Assembly: GCF_026571515.1 (NCBI RefSeq) | Contig: NW_026860746.1 | Span: 1 to 64,000, forward strand | Source: Ruditapes philippinarum | Taxonomy: Eukaryota | Reading direction: 5' to 3' | DNA: 64,000 nucleotides | Shown: positions 37,401 through 47,200 of the stretch, piece by piece | Layout: every line of letters starts with the position of its first letter | Numbering within the stretch: position 1 is the first letter of the stretch | Translations under genes and position numbers: made by a program | The notes under the pieces: model-generated | What the model saw: the letters and a program-made list of their open reading frames with translations, nothing else | Databases searched by the model: none | What the model was told of the DNA's origin: nothing

Positions 37401-40400
37401 ACTCACAATAAACTTTAATGAAACAACATGTCCTCTTCAACTTGTAAGTCATTTCCAAGATTGGGTTCAGAACTAAAAATAGAAACTTTAAATAACACCA
37501 TCACTTCAACTGCTGGGCATGCTGACTAAAAAGCAAACAGTGCAGACCATGATTATGATTAGGCTGAATTTGGTCTGCACTGGTTGCATAGGTATATTCA
37601 GAAACCAACAGCACACTAAAGGTTTTGACATAGCAGCAAATGAGAAATCACTATTTTATTATTGCAGGATTGCCTCAATCTTGCATGCAGAAAATGAGAA
37701 ATTGCTATTTTAATATTGCAGGATTGCCATATTGGCAATTGTCAAAACTGATATATGATATGTAATATTTCAGCTTATATTGGCAATGACCTAAATTGTT
37801 ACATGATATTTTATATTTCAGCTTATATTGGCAATGGGTAATTACATGAACCAAGGTAACCAGAGGGTAGGAGAAGCAGCTGGGTTCAAGATCAGATTTT
37901 TATCTCAAGTAAGAATTAATCCTTTAAACCTGGCAGTGTTATTGTTTTGTCTAAGTCTAGCCTGCCGATCTATGCGGTCCCTGGTCCCTTGACTGCTTTT
38001 AGTTGATTATGTTTCATATTGAAATCCTAACAAAGGACAGTTTTGTATTCAAAGCAGGAAAAGTCCTTTTATAATCATTTTATCATTAGAATAATTATAC
38101 GAGACCTCACTGGAACTGGACTGAATCCAAGTTGTTAAGTCATTATTTATAGAGTTATGCCCCTTTTTAACCATATTTAACCCATTACCCGATAATCATG
38201 CCTTTTAACAGCCTTTTCACCCCCCTTTATTGTTGTCTCAAATTGTGAAAAAGTGCCTTATTAAGGCACCAAACACTTGTTTTCTTTTGAGCAATGTTGT
38301 TTAAAAAGGTGACTTTTTGGCGCGCCCCCTTATCCAAAAGATACATCAGGGGGATGTGCCCCCTTCTGTTTGGGGGGTTTGAAGGGGGCTGAAGTCCCCC
38401 TCATCGCCAAGAAAATTTTGGACTTTTTAGAGGCTAAATATGACCCTAGATTGATGAGGTAATGTGTAACCAACGCTGAAAAGCATTTGACTCTATCTCA
38501 ATCCATTGAGAAGTTGCAGCACTTTGAAATCAATGTTGATGGAAAAAATCAACACAAAATAGTGCTTTTTGGCAATTTTGAGATGTCCCCTCGTTGCCAT
38601 GGTAACAGGAAATTTAAGCCTAGGCATGTTGTTACAAAGGCAATGGTCCAGTCAACATTTGTGCCATGTTTGATTAGTATTGAAGCAGTTTTTATAGTTT
38701 TATAGCAAATTGAACGTGTAAAGGGAGTCTTTTCAATGAAAACAGCCATTTTTCACAAAATGCTAATAATGGGTTAACTGGTTTCAAAGCATAACTTTTG
38801 AAGGATTTCAATGATTTTATTTATTTTTGGTATGTAATATGTTATATCAAAACTCAGTTTTAGTTCGATTTTGGTCACAATTAACTTATTATTAATTAAG
38901 TTATGCCCACTTTTAAGTGAATTTTTTGTGTAATTATCAGAATAACTTTAAAGGATTCCAGGGAGTGTGTATACATTTGCCAAGCAAGTATGTAATATTA
39001 GAACACAGGTCAAGTTTGATAATTTCTCTGCAATCAGCGTATTGCAACTTTGATTTAATTGATTTCTTTTAATGCAATGTTCAATTATTTTCTATTACTG
39101 ATATGTTAAATTTTTGCCAAGAAAAAATTTAAACTGTATATTTCTCTTGTACATTTGATGGAAGTCATAATCAGAACCATTTATAACAAGAAACTTGCTA
39201 TATTTCTGTAAGGCACATTTTAGTTACCTTCTGGTAAATTTGCCACCCTGCCTCAGCAGAGCTCTTATGAAAACAAGTTCTTTTTCAAAGTTAATGTCAT
39301 TTATATTGGTTGAGGTTGGGAATCAGACATTATAACAAGTATTGCAATGTCAGTGACAAACTTTTGTTTATTTAAGACTTAATAATAATGTAACCCGCCT
39401 GTGAAAAGCAGGGCAGCATGTTCACTGACAAAACATTTTGATTTTTGGCAGACGTATTGCTTTTGCCTTTTTCGTCTGTCTATTCATCCACCCAAGCTTG
39501 AGGAAAAATAAGTAATGGTACTTTCTCTTAGATGTCATTCCTTCCATAACTGGCTTTTATATGGCTATCTTCCTTTATGTGGCTTAAAGAAAATTAGGGA
39601 GAACAATAGAGTAAGCCACATAAGTATAAGAACTTCTGTTTGTCTGCAGTAAACTTGTCATGCTTTCACAGTTTCAAACTGCCAACTGGATTTAGATGAA
39701 ACTTAACAGGAGTGATTATTACTATCTCTAGTTAGAGTAGTTGTACACATAGCCAGCATGTTACGCTTCCCTGCACAAGATGGCCACCAGAGCTTAATAT
39801 AGAAAAAACAGGCTTTCATTTATCGAAAAATCCATCCTTAGAATAGACACATGTACACACAGGGGAGACATATGTTTTTGTGACAAAAAACCTTCTAGTC
39901 TCAAGTTAAAATCTCTTTTCTTACTTCATAACTAAACTGTTTTTATTATGTAATCTAAAGTGATTAATTGTATGATTTTTTACAGCTCGAAATAACGAAA
40001 ACATCTGACAATAAACTGACATTCCTACATGTGTTAGCGGAGGCTGTGTTTAACAAGTTTCCAGAGCTTGTGGCAGTAGGGGAGGAGCTTACTACAGTTC
40101 CAGCAGCAGCCAAGTGTAAGAGATATAATTGAGTTGTGCCTTGACAAAACCTAAAGTGCTTTTGCCACCAGCATAGATCCAGACCAGCCGTGCATCCACA
40201 CAGTCTGATCAGGATACATGCTGTTTGTCTACAAATCCTATTACAAGAAGAGAAACTTAAATAGTAAACAGCATGGGTCCTGATCAGACTGCGCAGATGT
40301 TCAGGCTGGTCTGGATCCATGCTAGTCACAAACGCATTATGTTGGTTTTGTCATGGCACAGTTTGTGATGCCAAGGGCACGAATTTAAGTTCAAAAGATA

Positions 40401-43400
40401 ACAAGACACCATGTCATGATGTGCATATATAAATATCATGTCACAAGGTCAAAGGTCACAAGGTCAATGTCATAGTGAATTATGATGATAATATTAAATA
40501 CAATGGTTATTCTATATCAAGGTCATAATGATATTTGGTCTAACGAATTTCCATTATATGATGTTTGTGTGTATAAAAAGCAAAAGGTCTATATAAACAA
40601 ACATATACCATATGAAAAAATTCCATAGAAAAGTTTAAGTGAAGATTCAGGTTATCCCTTTATTGTTAAGAATTTTTCAAACAAAAGTTGTTTTTTTTAA
40701 TTAAGAATAATGTTAGTGTTAAAAGCTATATATCTGCTGCCAGTAGTTACCAAAATTATTGTTTTTTGAATTATAAAAAGAAATAATTTCTATATGCACC
40801 TGTAGAAAAGAATTTGGTTCATTTATTTCCTTTATAGTGAGTTGAGTAGGGCATGCATGAAATCATTACTTTAAATAGCAACATAATATTTTGTTCTGGA
40901 ACATTTCATTATTTAAATGAACAATATTCATAAATGTTTAAAATGAAAGAGAAATTCTATGCTACAGATGTTTCGAGAATCAACCTTAAGATTATTAAAA
41001 CAACATAATTTTACCATTTATAACTCGTATTTATTTTATTTGTTGTAGAATAACACTTTTGGGGCAATGCTGTTTATTAAATTGTATTACTATTAAATTT
41101 TATTACTTTGTGACAAAACATTTTTGATTGATTTAACAGTTTCCAATGTTCTTTTGAATCAAGAACTTCAAGACCTGAGAAAAGTGTTACAAGTAAGTTT
41201 ACTGTTTTTTACATGACATTTTTTTCTAAAAACAGTTTCTAAAACTACATGTATATATATTTTTTTGTTTGGAAACCACATTTAAGACCTGTTTTATGTA
41301 TATTTCTTTTTTACACAATACATTAATTTTACATTTTTCAATCAATACTTTTATATAACATAAAAAATTACAAAATAATATACATACATGTATGTTGTTG
41401 TGTAAGTAGACATTTTAAAACAATTTCAAAGAGCTTAAACATGAATTTCTTAAGGAAAAGGGATATTATATTTTAAACAAAATAAAGTTTTGTTGAGTCA
41501 TTAATAAATGTTGACTCATGAAATGTCCATGAAAACAAACACCAAGAGAACTGATAAACATCACGTACAAGTAGTTACCGGTAAAGGTTATGTTCATGAC
41601 AGGACATTATGGTAATTAGCATATATCCATATTGTTAATTGACAATTATACCTGAATTGAGTAAACAAGGTTTCTTTAGTTGGTACACATTATGTTTTCC
41701 TTTGTGGCCCATAATTAGGGTTTCCTTGGTCTGCCACCATAAGGGTTTCTTTGGTTGGCCACCATAAGTATTTCTTTGGTGGGTAAATCTTCCTTTCCTT
41801 GGAGGGCAACCATTAGGGTTTTCTTGGTGGGCCACCATAAGGGTTTTCCTTAGTCAGCCACCTTAAAGGTTTCTTTGGCTGGGTACCATAATGGTTTCTT
41901 TGGTTGTCCACCTTAAGGGTTTCATTGATGGGCCATTCCTTGGTTTTCCTGAGTGGACCGCCATTAGAATTTCGTAACTACTAAGGCTTTCTTGGAAAGC
42001 AAGCATAAGGGATTCCTTGATAAGTGGCAATTAAGGTTTCCTTTGTAAGTGATTATTAACATTCCCTTGGTTAGTGACAATTAAGGTCTCCATCTTTAGT
42101 GTCAATTAAGATTTCCTTCTTAAGTGACAATTAAAGTCTCCTTGATAAGTGGCAATTAAGGTTTCCTTGATAAGTGACAATTAATGTTTCCTTGGTAAGT
42201 GACAATTAATGTTTCCTTGGTAAGTGACAATTAAGGTTTCCTTGGTAAGTGACAATTAAGATTTCCTTCTTAAGTGACAATTAAAGTCTCCTTGGTAAGT
42301 GACATTTAAAGGGAGACACAGGCAAAATTTTCATTTCTTAGTTTTGAATTTTTCGTTCCTAATTCTGTAAATGGCCTCAAAATAAATATATTAGACAGTC
42401 AAAGGAACAAAACTTTTCTCCATATAAAGAATAAATTGCGGTTTCCTAACCTGACCCGCGTGGGTCAGGTTAGAGCGCTAGGATTTCACAATAGTTGTCA
42501 CAGTGAACTCTGGAAATGTTAAAGAACATGTCAAATGAATGATTTAGATTTGTTTCAAGCATACAATATCCACAGTATCTGTTAATGTAACTTCAACGAT
42601 TTGTTCAAGTCACCTGACTTGTTTTAAAATTATTCGGTGATTCTATTGGCGTCTAAATTTTGTTCAACATATATAAATATATTCATGCTTCAAATCCAAA
42701 ATATATAGAATTTAAACAGAAATTTATGCTGAAACTTTCAGAAATGTCATTTTAGCGCGAGGTGAGTACAAAAGATCATTTTAATTTTTTTGTAATTATT
42801 TTGCCTGAATATCCCTTTAAGGTCTCCTTGGCAAGTGACAATTAAGATTTCCTTTCTAATTGACAATTAAAATCTCCTTGGTAAGTGACAATTTATGTTT
42901 CCTTGGTAAGTGACAGTTAAGGTGTCCTCCTGAAGTGACAATTAAAGTCTCCTTTGTAAGTGACAATTTAGGTTCCTTGGTAAATGACAATTAAGGTTTC
43001 CTTGCTAAGTGATTAGTAAGGTTTTTCTTGATGGGCAACCTTTAGGGTTTCCCCCATTTTCAGTACCAAGCTATCATGAAAAGATATAGTACATGAAATA
43101 ATTAGATAATTTTTGACAATATCCTTTAAGTATACATATTAGATATTTTTCTATAGAAACCTATGCCTTGATCATCTTTATAATATGACTCATCAACAGC
43201 TTCTATTATATCATCATTAGCATGGCCTGACCTATTGACGTATGAAAAAAGTTTTTTTATCCAGTCTAATGTTTAAAAGTCACAGGTCATGAAATGTTAT
43301 TAACTCTGCTTCTTAATAAAATCATCTTTAATGTGTAAAACATGTTAAGAAGATCTGAATGTTCGTCAGATGTTCTTGTGATGTCATAATGTCCAGAAAT

Positions 43401-45812
43401 ATTGTCTCTGGTTATGAGTCATAGGCCTCATTGTCCTTGTTTTTAACAAGGTCGTTTTCTCTTTACATATTAAGTCTGATAACTCTTACACAGGATAACT
43501 CTTACACAGGATAACTCTTACAAAGTCACAAAAATTATGTAGTTATCAAATTTTGGAGCACAAAAACATCATTGATCCTTCTTTCAAAGAATCTTGACAA
43601 TTCAAACAGTTGTCCTTCTTCCCCTGGTATAGCTAGCTACTCATATGGTGAAAAGTGTTATTCTTTTGGACACATTTTTAGTTTGTCACAATTTGGTTAA
43701 TGACACTGTGACAGAGTATCATTTGTTTGTCAGTGCTGCCTCGGTAGTTTACCTTGGTGTAGAAGCAAAAACAAAACTTACTGAAAAAAATATAAATACT
43801 CGTACATTTTCCAGGAACACTTGTTAATGAAATATATGCAAGTGTAAACCTGAAATACTGACTTTTAAATCTTACAGAAACAAACAGAAAATATATGTTG
43901 AAAAATAATGGTTATACATGTATTTCATTGTGTCATTCCAGGATATTTCTAACACACTCGAGAAGTTTGGATCGCAGAAAACAAACCTTGGTATCAATGA
44001 TAAATTCCAAGATGTGATGGGACATTTCATATCACAGGCATCAGATGAAATACAAAGTTTGTTCCGTCTGAATGCAAACACCATGGAAGAATTTCACAGC
44101 ACTGTTCAGTACTTCGGAGAAGATCCTAAAAAAGTGACAACAACTGAACTGTTTGGAGTATTTGCTGAGTTTATCACCAAGTTTGAGGTGAGGGCATTGT
44201 TAGTGTGTATTTTGATAAGTTACATATGTTACCTTTATTCACCCCTTAACCAGTTGATTTTTTTTGTATCTTTGAATTTGGAACAGTCCATTCAAATTAC
44301 AAGGGATTTCAATGACAAAATACAAAAATTGAACTGCCAACAGTATAGAACTGTATGTAAAATACAGGCTGGATTGGCTATATACTGGTAGCAAAGGCTA
44401 ATTGCGATGCCAAAGGCTTATTGTGGCAGCAAAGGCTAATTGTGGCGGCAATGGCTAATGCTAATTGCAGTGGCAAAAGTTGATTGCTTTGGTACCGGTT
44501 CTCTAGTAGGTTATGGGTAAGGGTATGATATGTCTATTTATAGTATATTCAAATTCTGCTTACTTTGTCATCCTTTGTGCTTATTTTTATTCATAAAGTG
44601 ATTTTTGTGCCCCCACGTTAGTGGCAGGCATTTAGATTTACCCTTGTCCGTCCGTCCGTCCTTCCGTCCGTCCGTTAACTTTTGTGTCGCACGTAACTCA
44701 AAAAGTATTTGACCTACAGTCATGAAACTTTACAGGAATGTTGATCAGCATGTGTTGTTGTGCACCTGGGTATTTTCGTCTGGATATTTTTAGTATTTTC
44801 AGAGTTATTGCCCTTGACTTAGTAAAATTTTGCAAATTTCAACTTGTGTTGCATGTAACTCAAAAAGTATTTGACCTAGAGTCATGAAACTTTACAGAAA
44901 TGTTGATCAGCATGTGTAGTTGTGCACCTGGGTATTTTCGTCTGGATATTTTTAGTATTTTCAAAGTTATTGCCCTTGACTTAGTAAAATTTTGCAATTT
45001 TCAACTTGTGTCGCATGTAACTCAAAAAGTATTTGACCTAGAGTCATGAAACTTTACAGGAATGTTGATAAGCATGTGTTGTTGTGCACCTGGGTATTTT
45101 TGTCTGGATATTTTTAGTATTTTCAGAGTTATTGCCCTTGACTTAGTAAAATTTTGCAATTTTCAACTTGTGTCGCATGTAACTCAAAAAGTATTTGACC
45201 TAGAGTCATGAAACTTTACAGGAATGTTGATCAGCATGTGCAGTTGTGCACCAGGTATTTTCGTCTGGATTTATTTAGTATTTTTAGAATGTTGCCCTTC
45301 ACTTACAAAATTTTTGCAATTTTCAACTTGTGTCTCAAGTTACTCAAAAAGGATTTGACATAGTCATTAAACCTTATGGGCAGGTTGCTCAGCATATTTA
45401 GATTTGCACCTGGGGTTTCGCTTGTGGATTTATCCAGTATTTGTAGAGTTATTTCCCTTGGCTTAGTAAAAAGATTGACAGAACAGTGGCGCGGAGGGGG
45501 CACCCGAGTCCTATGGACACATTTCTAGTTGTCATATTGTTAGGAATATCAATTTAATGACTTTGCTTGTTATCCCCCGCCGAATAGGTAGCGGGGAATA
45601 TAGAAATAGTCTCCGTCCGTCCACCACATTTTTGTACAGAGCATAAAAAACAACACTAAAAAAAACCAATTTATTTTAGGTTTCCTATAATTGACATAAT
45701 TGAACTGACTCTTAATTATAATACCTGATAATGTTCTTTTTCCTTTTTTTCATTTCAGAAAGCTCACCGGCACAACATTATGTACAAACGATATGCAAAT
45801 GAGAAAACTTAA
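1339..45812 (+). CDS. GRID2IP: Delphilin-like formin (HN/PDZ/HN/HN/FH1/FH2), 5'-partial, 27 exons
   Basis: Hand-spliced exons join in frame (3199 nt). PDZ: SFGFVIKGSNP. HN: VLDTPSKKTLW. FH1 polyPro. FH2 motifs VKRINWEK, KKAYNLSI, GNYMN, TKTSDNK. PDZ plus FH2 with no DAD is the delphilin architecture. Confidence 0.9.
3075..3381. mobile_element. Kolobok-like MITE
   Basis: TTAA-AGGGACTCCACTGA...TCAGTGGAGTTCCT-TTAA; AG..CT ends with a TTAA duplication. Confidence 0.75.
3900..6930. repeat. 27-bp minisatellite (GTGACAATAGTGTATGACTGTAATACT)n
   Basis: About 80 near-perfect units at 4710-6900, degenerate to the left. Confidence 0.97.
7135..7290 (+). CDS. GRID2IP: Exon: PDZ N-terminal part
   Basis: ALQIVRENNSFGFVIKGSNPAYIETVDPNGAAEKGGLQPGDFVIKLNGIDV; ttgcag / ag|gtatat. 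Confidence 0.93.
7814..7902 (+). CDS. GRID2IP: Exon: PDZ C-terminal part
   Basis: KCSHAHLVQLLQDSGTAPILEVLRCDQEE; tttcag / t|gtaag. Confidence 0.9.
8456..9340 (+). mobile_element. Helentron-like non-autonomous element with tRNA-like cassette
   Basis: 5' hairpin GTATTTTCTGATC-gcaa-GATCAGTAAATAC; 3' subTIR GATCAGAAAATAC plus palindrome GGTTGCAGCC. Confidence 0.6.
9009..9093 (+). pseudogene. tRNA-Pro(AGG)-derived Pol III cassette
   Basis: A box TGGTGCAGAGG, CTCGTTTAGGGTG arm, B box GGTTCAAACCC, T10 run. Confidence 0.65.
10033..10163 (+). CDS. GRID2IP: Exon: Ser-rich linker
   Basis: PYSSGAQGSNSSASSTSSHAESDW...YLER; phase 1-0, gtaagg donor. Confidence 0.85.
10375..10600 (+). mobile_element. tRNA-headed SINE, family A
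   Basis: Similar to 30362-30615; B-box-like GGTTCAAATCC. Confidence 0.7.
10771..11405. mobile_element. Non-autonomous element ending in a long hairpin
   Basis: Inverted ATTACCCTTCC / GGAAGGGTAAT, then a hairpin with ~59-bp arms at 11272-11404. Confidence 0.65.
11768..11838 (+). CDS. GRID2IP: Exon: HN repeat A, part 1
   Basis: AEFLLTTKERSKVKKAWIEYEST; ttgcag / ag|gtaag. Confidence 0.87.
11920..12163 (+). mobile_element. Short TTAA/piggyBac-like MITE (relatives near 15798, 25417, 44243)
   Basis: Ends AAGGGTTAA; shared internal GGATGTGCAGG / CTGATCTTGGTCTGCACTGG-like core. Confidence 0.55.
12186..12334 (+). CDS. GRID2IP: Exon: HN repeat A, part 2
   Basis: NIVELFESVSAVLDTPSKKTLWMFILARL...; phase 2-1. 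Confidence 0.9.
12420..12660 (+). mobile_element. tRNA-headed SINE, family A (second degraded copy at 12745-12970)
   Basis: TGGCTGAATTGTTAAGG A-box-like, GGTTTGAATCCC B-box-like, family body. Confidence 0.75.
13297..13350 (+). CDS. GRID2IP: Exon: short linker
   Basis: ECIEKIEHGRNHQNWSGD; strong polypyrimidine tract, phase 1-1. Confidence 0.72.
14189..14330 (+). CDS. GRID2IP: Exon: HN repeat B, part 1
   Basis: ...SSFQQQVEYLLTSRERSMLKKALQLYSEN; phase 1-2. Confidence 0.9.
15436..15596 (+). CDS. GRID2IP: Exon: HN repeat B, part 2
   Basis: NVDNLIEDLDVILDTPSKRTLWMYIIPLL...; phase 2-1. Confidence 0.9.
16327..16373 (+). CDS. GRID2IP: Exon: linker (alternative donor possible after 16367)
   Basis: ESESTLPKKSTSKK(VH); two in-frame donors, aag|gtacat and cat|gtaagt. 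Confidence 0.75.
17145..17220 (+). CDS. GRID2IP: Exon: linker
   Basis: PYMSSDEEHDFISRSGDRKSKSKPT; phase 0-1 is needed to join its neighbours. Confidence 0.78.
17710..17811 (+). CDS. GRID2IP: Exon: amphipathic/coiled-coil-like segment
   Basis: PLGGLDLSIIKELEETRRAVQEVKEFLTKGQSP; phase 1-1. Confidence 0.82.
18131..19060. mobile_element. Tc1/mariner-like MITE
   Basis: Imperfect TIR TACTGCGAATTCACTTATATTCGTGGG / CCCACGAATAATAATGATTTTACAG; repeated TTCGTGG subterminal motifs. Confidence 0.7.
19120..19602 (+). CDS. GRID2IP: Exon: large low-complexity linker
   Basis: Open frame that includes ORF 19233; ttacag / g|gtatgt. Confidence 0.87.
20491..20679 (+). CDS. GRID2IP: Exon: helix and start of FH1
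   Basis: ...ALKQLDAAVAAE...VPAPPPPPPPP; phase 1-1. Confidence 0.9.
21160..21343 (-). mobile_element. Short tRNA-headed SINE, family B
   Basis: Minus strand GGTGGCCAAGTGGTTAAGG...GGGTTTGAGCCC head plus body. Confidence 0.7.
21390..21517 (+). CDS. GRID2IP: Exon: end of FH1 and FH2 lasso
   Basis: APPPPAP...MNVKRINWEKLDQQRVENTVWEQ. Confidence 0.93.
21528..22118 (+). mobile_element. piggyBac-like MITE
   Basis: TTAA-CCTTTT...AAAAGG-TTAA; homologous to 26530-26862 and 38178-38777. Confidence 0.75.
23151..23232 (+). CDS. GRID2IP: Exon: FH2
   Basis: IGEATDLQDVVRYLELEQYFSTKSPRH; a|gtaagt. Confidence 0.92.
23380..23932 (+). mobile_element. Degraded HINE-type element with AGGTCAAGGTCA core repeats
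   Basis: About three diverged units containing AAGGTCACACTTAGAGGTCAAAGGT. Confidence 0.6.
24013..25112 (+). mobile_element. HINE-type element with internal tandem repeats
   Basis: subTIR ATGCTTCCC / GGGAGCAT, GTCC/GTCT microsatellite, repeated AACCATAACTCTGCCTTGCC units. Confidence 0.72.
25159..25173 (+). CDS. GRID2IP: Candidate 15-nt microexon in the FH2 linker
   Basis: tattttag|aaaccaaactaactg|gtaagg, phase 1-1, no stop. Confidence 0.6.
26530..26862 (-). mobile_element. piggyBac-like MITE, internally deleted copy
   Basis: Reverse-complement match to 21528-21810; ends ATGGGTTAA. Confidence 0.72.
26940..27345. repeat. 44/40-bp alternating minisatellite
   Basis: AATTGGTGTAAGTCCTTGATTAAGTGCCAGG at 27022, 27066, 27106, 27150, 27190, 27234, 27274, 27318. 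Confidence 0.95.
27392..28572 (+). mobile_element. Complete HINE (DINE-1/pearl-like)
   Basis: ATCCCCCGCC subTIR with hairpin, (GTCC)n, six ~155-bp units, GGCGGGGGAT subTIR, palindrome GCCATG-ttga-CATGGC. Confidence 0.85.
29192..29420. mobile_element. Palindromic MITE
   Basis: Long inverted arms ATGACAAAACCAACATAATG / CATTATGTTGGTTTTGTCAT. Confidence 0.85.
29716..29910. mobile_element. Palindromic MITE, same family, right arm partly deleted
   Basis: ATATGAGCCGTGTCA...TGACACGGCTCATAT. Confidence 0.85.
30233..30292 (+). CDS. GRID2IP: Exon: FH2
   Basis: LPEKKSKICILNPKKAYNL; t|gtaagt. Confidence 0.92.
30362..30615 (+). mobile_element. tRNA-headed SINE, family A (Meta-domain-like; family uncertain)
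   Basis: Body GGTGGTTCTAC...GCCTGAAATAATGCATGG...CCTCCAC...GCTGGAAAGT with A-rich tail; fragments near 1500, 7420, 14675, 19900. Confidence 0.8.
30871..30998 (+). CDS. GRID2IP: Exon: FH2
   Basis: SIILGQLKLTLSEIRHALYMLDEEVLTPELLRQLLSYAPNKQE. Confidence 0.94.
31612..31680 (+). CDS. GRID2IP: Exon: FH2
   Basis: MEQLDSYNGDIEELSPPDRFTYE; phase 0-0. Confidence 0.92.
32221..32307 (+). CDS. GRID2IP: Exon: FH2
   Basis: MSRVPGYEQRLKALVFKGNFQEKISEMKD. Confidence 0.93.
32320..34600. mobile_element. 2.3-kb non-autonomous Tc1/mariner (pogo-like) element
   Basis: Perfect 24-bp TIR CACTGGAGCCGCGATATAGCGCTC, TA flanks, no transposase ORF. Confidence 0.88.
34640..34900. mobile_element. MITE
   Basis: TGTAATGCTCTCCCGCC / GGCGGGAAAGCATTACA, 17-bp TIR with 1 mismatch. 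Confidence 0.7.
36825..36893 (+). CDS. GRID2IP: Exon: FH2
   Basis: HLQHIRKASLELRHSKKLSKILE; gag|gtaagt. Confidence 0.93.
37822..37908 (+). CDS. GRID2IP: Exon: FH2 GNYMN motif
   Basis: LILAMGNYMNQGNQRVGEAAGFKIRFLSQ. Confidence 0.95.
38178..38777 (-). mobile_element. piggyBac-like MITE
   Basis: TTAACCCATTA...TAATGGGTTAA; homologous to 21528-22118. Confidence 0.78.
39986..40115 (+). CDS. GRID2IP: Exon: FH2
   Basis: LEITKTSDNKLTFLHVLAEAVFNKFPEL...AAK. Confidence 0.94.
40129..40362. mobile_element. Palindromic MITE (29192 family)
   Basis: Same arms and core; half copy at 61247-61318. Confidence 0.8.
41140..41192 (+). CDS. GRID2IP: Exon: FH2
   Basis: FSNVLLNQELQDLRKVLQ; phase 1-0. Confidence 0.9.
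41670..43050. repeat. 25-bp minisatellite (CTTGGTAAGTGACAATTAAGGTTTC)n, interrupted
   Basis: 25-bp period, for example 42191 and 42216; GC-richer variant at 41670-41990. Confidence 0.88.
42310..42816. mobile_element. Kolobok-like MITE inserted in the minisatellite
   Basis: TTAA-AGGGAGACACAGGCAAAAT...ATTTTGCCTGAATATCCCT-TTAA. Confidence 0.75.
43942..44187 (+). CDS. GRID2IP: Exon: FH2 C-terminal part
   Basis: DKFQDVMGHFI...YFGEDPKKVTTTELFGVFAEFITKFE. Confidence 0.95.
44603..45530 (+). mobile_element. Complete HINE with five ~162-bp units
   Basis: GTGCCCCC / GGGGGCAC subTIR, (GTCC)n, units at 44693, 44855, 45017, 45179, ~45339, 3' GTCC-tat-GGAC. Confidence 0.85.
45570..45645 (+). mobile_element. 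Isolated 5' head of the 27392 HINE family
   Basis: TATCCCCCGCCGAA...ATATAGAAATAGTCTCCGTCCGTCC. Confidence 0.75.
45759..45812 (+). CDS. GRID2IP: Terminal coding exon
   Basis: Strong polypyrimidine acceptor; KAHRHNIMYKRYANEKT*. Confidence 0.88.
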   Translation, partial: KAHRHNIMYKRYANEKT

Positions 45813-46219
45813 GAAGACACCAGGTTTCATTTAAACATCATTTTTGACCGGAACATCATCCCGTTTCCTTTGAAGATTTTGCTTCCAGGCACATCACATT
45901 TCTCATTGACTTGTAGTTTCCTTGAAACATCATGATTTGTGACTTGTCTTGGATATTTGATACCTTTTGGACATCATCCTTCCTTAGGATATGTGATTTA
46001 TACTTTCAAACAGAGAAAACTTTAGTGCCAATCTTTTTCCTTTGGACAACTGGCTGCCATTTAACTTTGTGTATTCCATGGACATGTTGATTTGTTTTGG
46101 ACAGCCTGCTTCCATGGATATCATATTCTGTGGAAATTTAGCATCATTTGAATATCTTCATTAACATGAACATCATATGCATTTTTTTGAAATCAAGCTT
46201 TGTTTGAACATATAACTTG

Positions 46220-47200
46220 TAAGGACATGAATGGTGACATGTGAGGACATGAATGGTGACATGTGAGGGCATGAATGGTGACATGTGAGGACATCAATGG
46301 TGACATGTGAGGACATCAATGGTGACATGTGAGGACATGAATGATGACATGTGAGACATATGAGGACATGAATGGTGACATGTGAGGACATGAATGATGA
46401 CATGTGAGGACATGAATGGTGACATGTGATGACATAAATGGTGACATGTGAGGACATGAATGATGACATGTGAGACATATGAGGACATGAATGGTGACAT
46501 GTGAGGACATGAATGGTGTGACATGTGAGGACATGAATGGTGACATGTGAGGACATGAATGATGACATATGAGGACATGAATGGTGACATGTGAGGACAT
46601 CAATGGTGACATGTGAGGACATGAATGATGACATGTGAGACATATGAGGACATGAATGGTGACATGTGAGGACATGAATGATGACATGTGAGGACATGAA
46701 TGATGACATGTGAGGACATGAATGATGACATGTGAGGACATGAATGGTGACATGTAAGGACATGAATGGTGACATGTGAGGACATGAATGGTGACATGTG
46801 AGGACATGAATGGTGACATGTGAGGACATGAATGATGACATGTGAGGACATCAATGGTGACATGTGAGGACATGAATGATGACATGTGAGACATATGAGG
46901 ACATGAATGGTGACATGTGATGACATGAATGGTGACATGTGATGACATGAATGGTGACATATGAGGACATGAATGGTGACATGTGAGGACATGAATGGTG
47001 ACATGTGATGACATAAATGGTGACATGTGAGGACATGAATGATGACATGTGAGACATATGAGGACATGAATGGTGACATGTGAGGACATGAATGGTGACA
47101 TGTGAGGATATGAATGATGACATGTGAGGACATGAATGGTGACATGTGAGGACATTAATAGTGACATGTGAGGACATGAATGGTAACATGTGAGGACATG
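46220..47200. repeat. 22-bp minisatellite (GTGAGGACATGAATGGTGACAT)n
   Basis: More than 40 units with a recurrent GTGAGACATAT variant. Confidence 0.97.
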
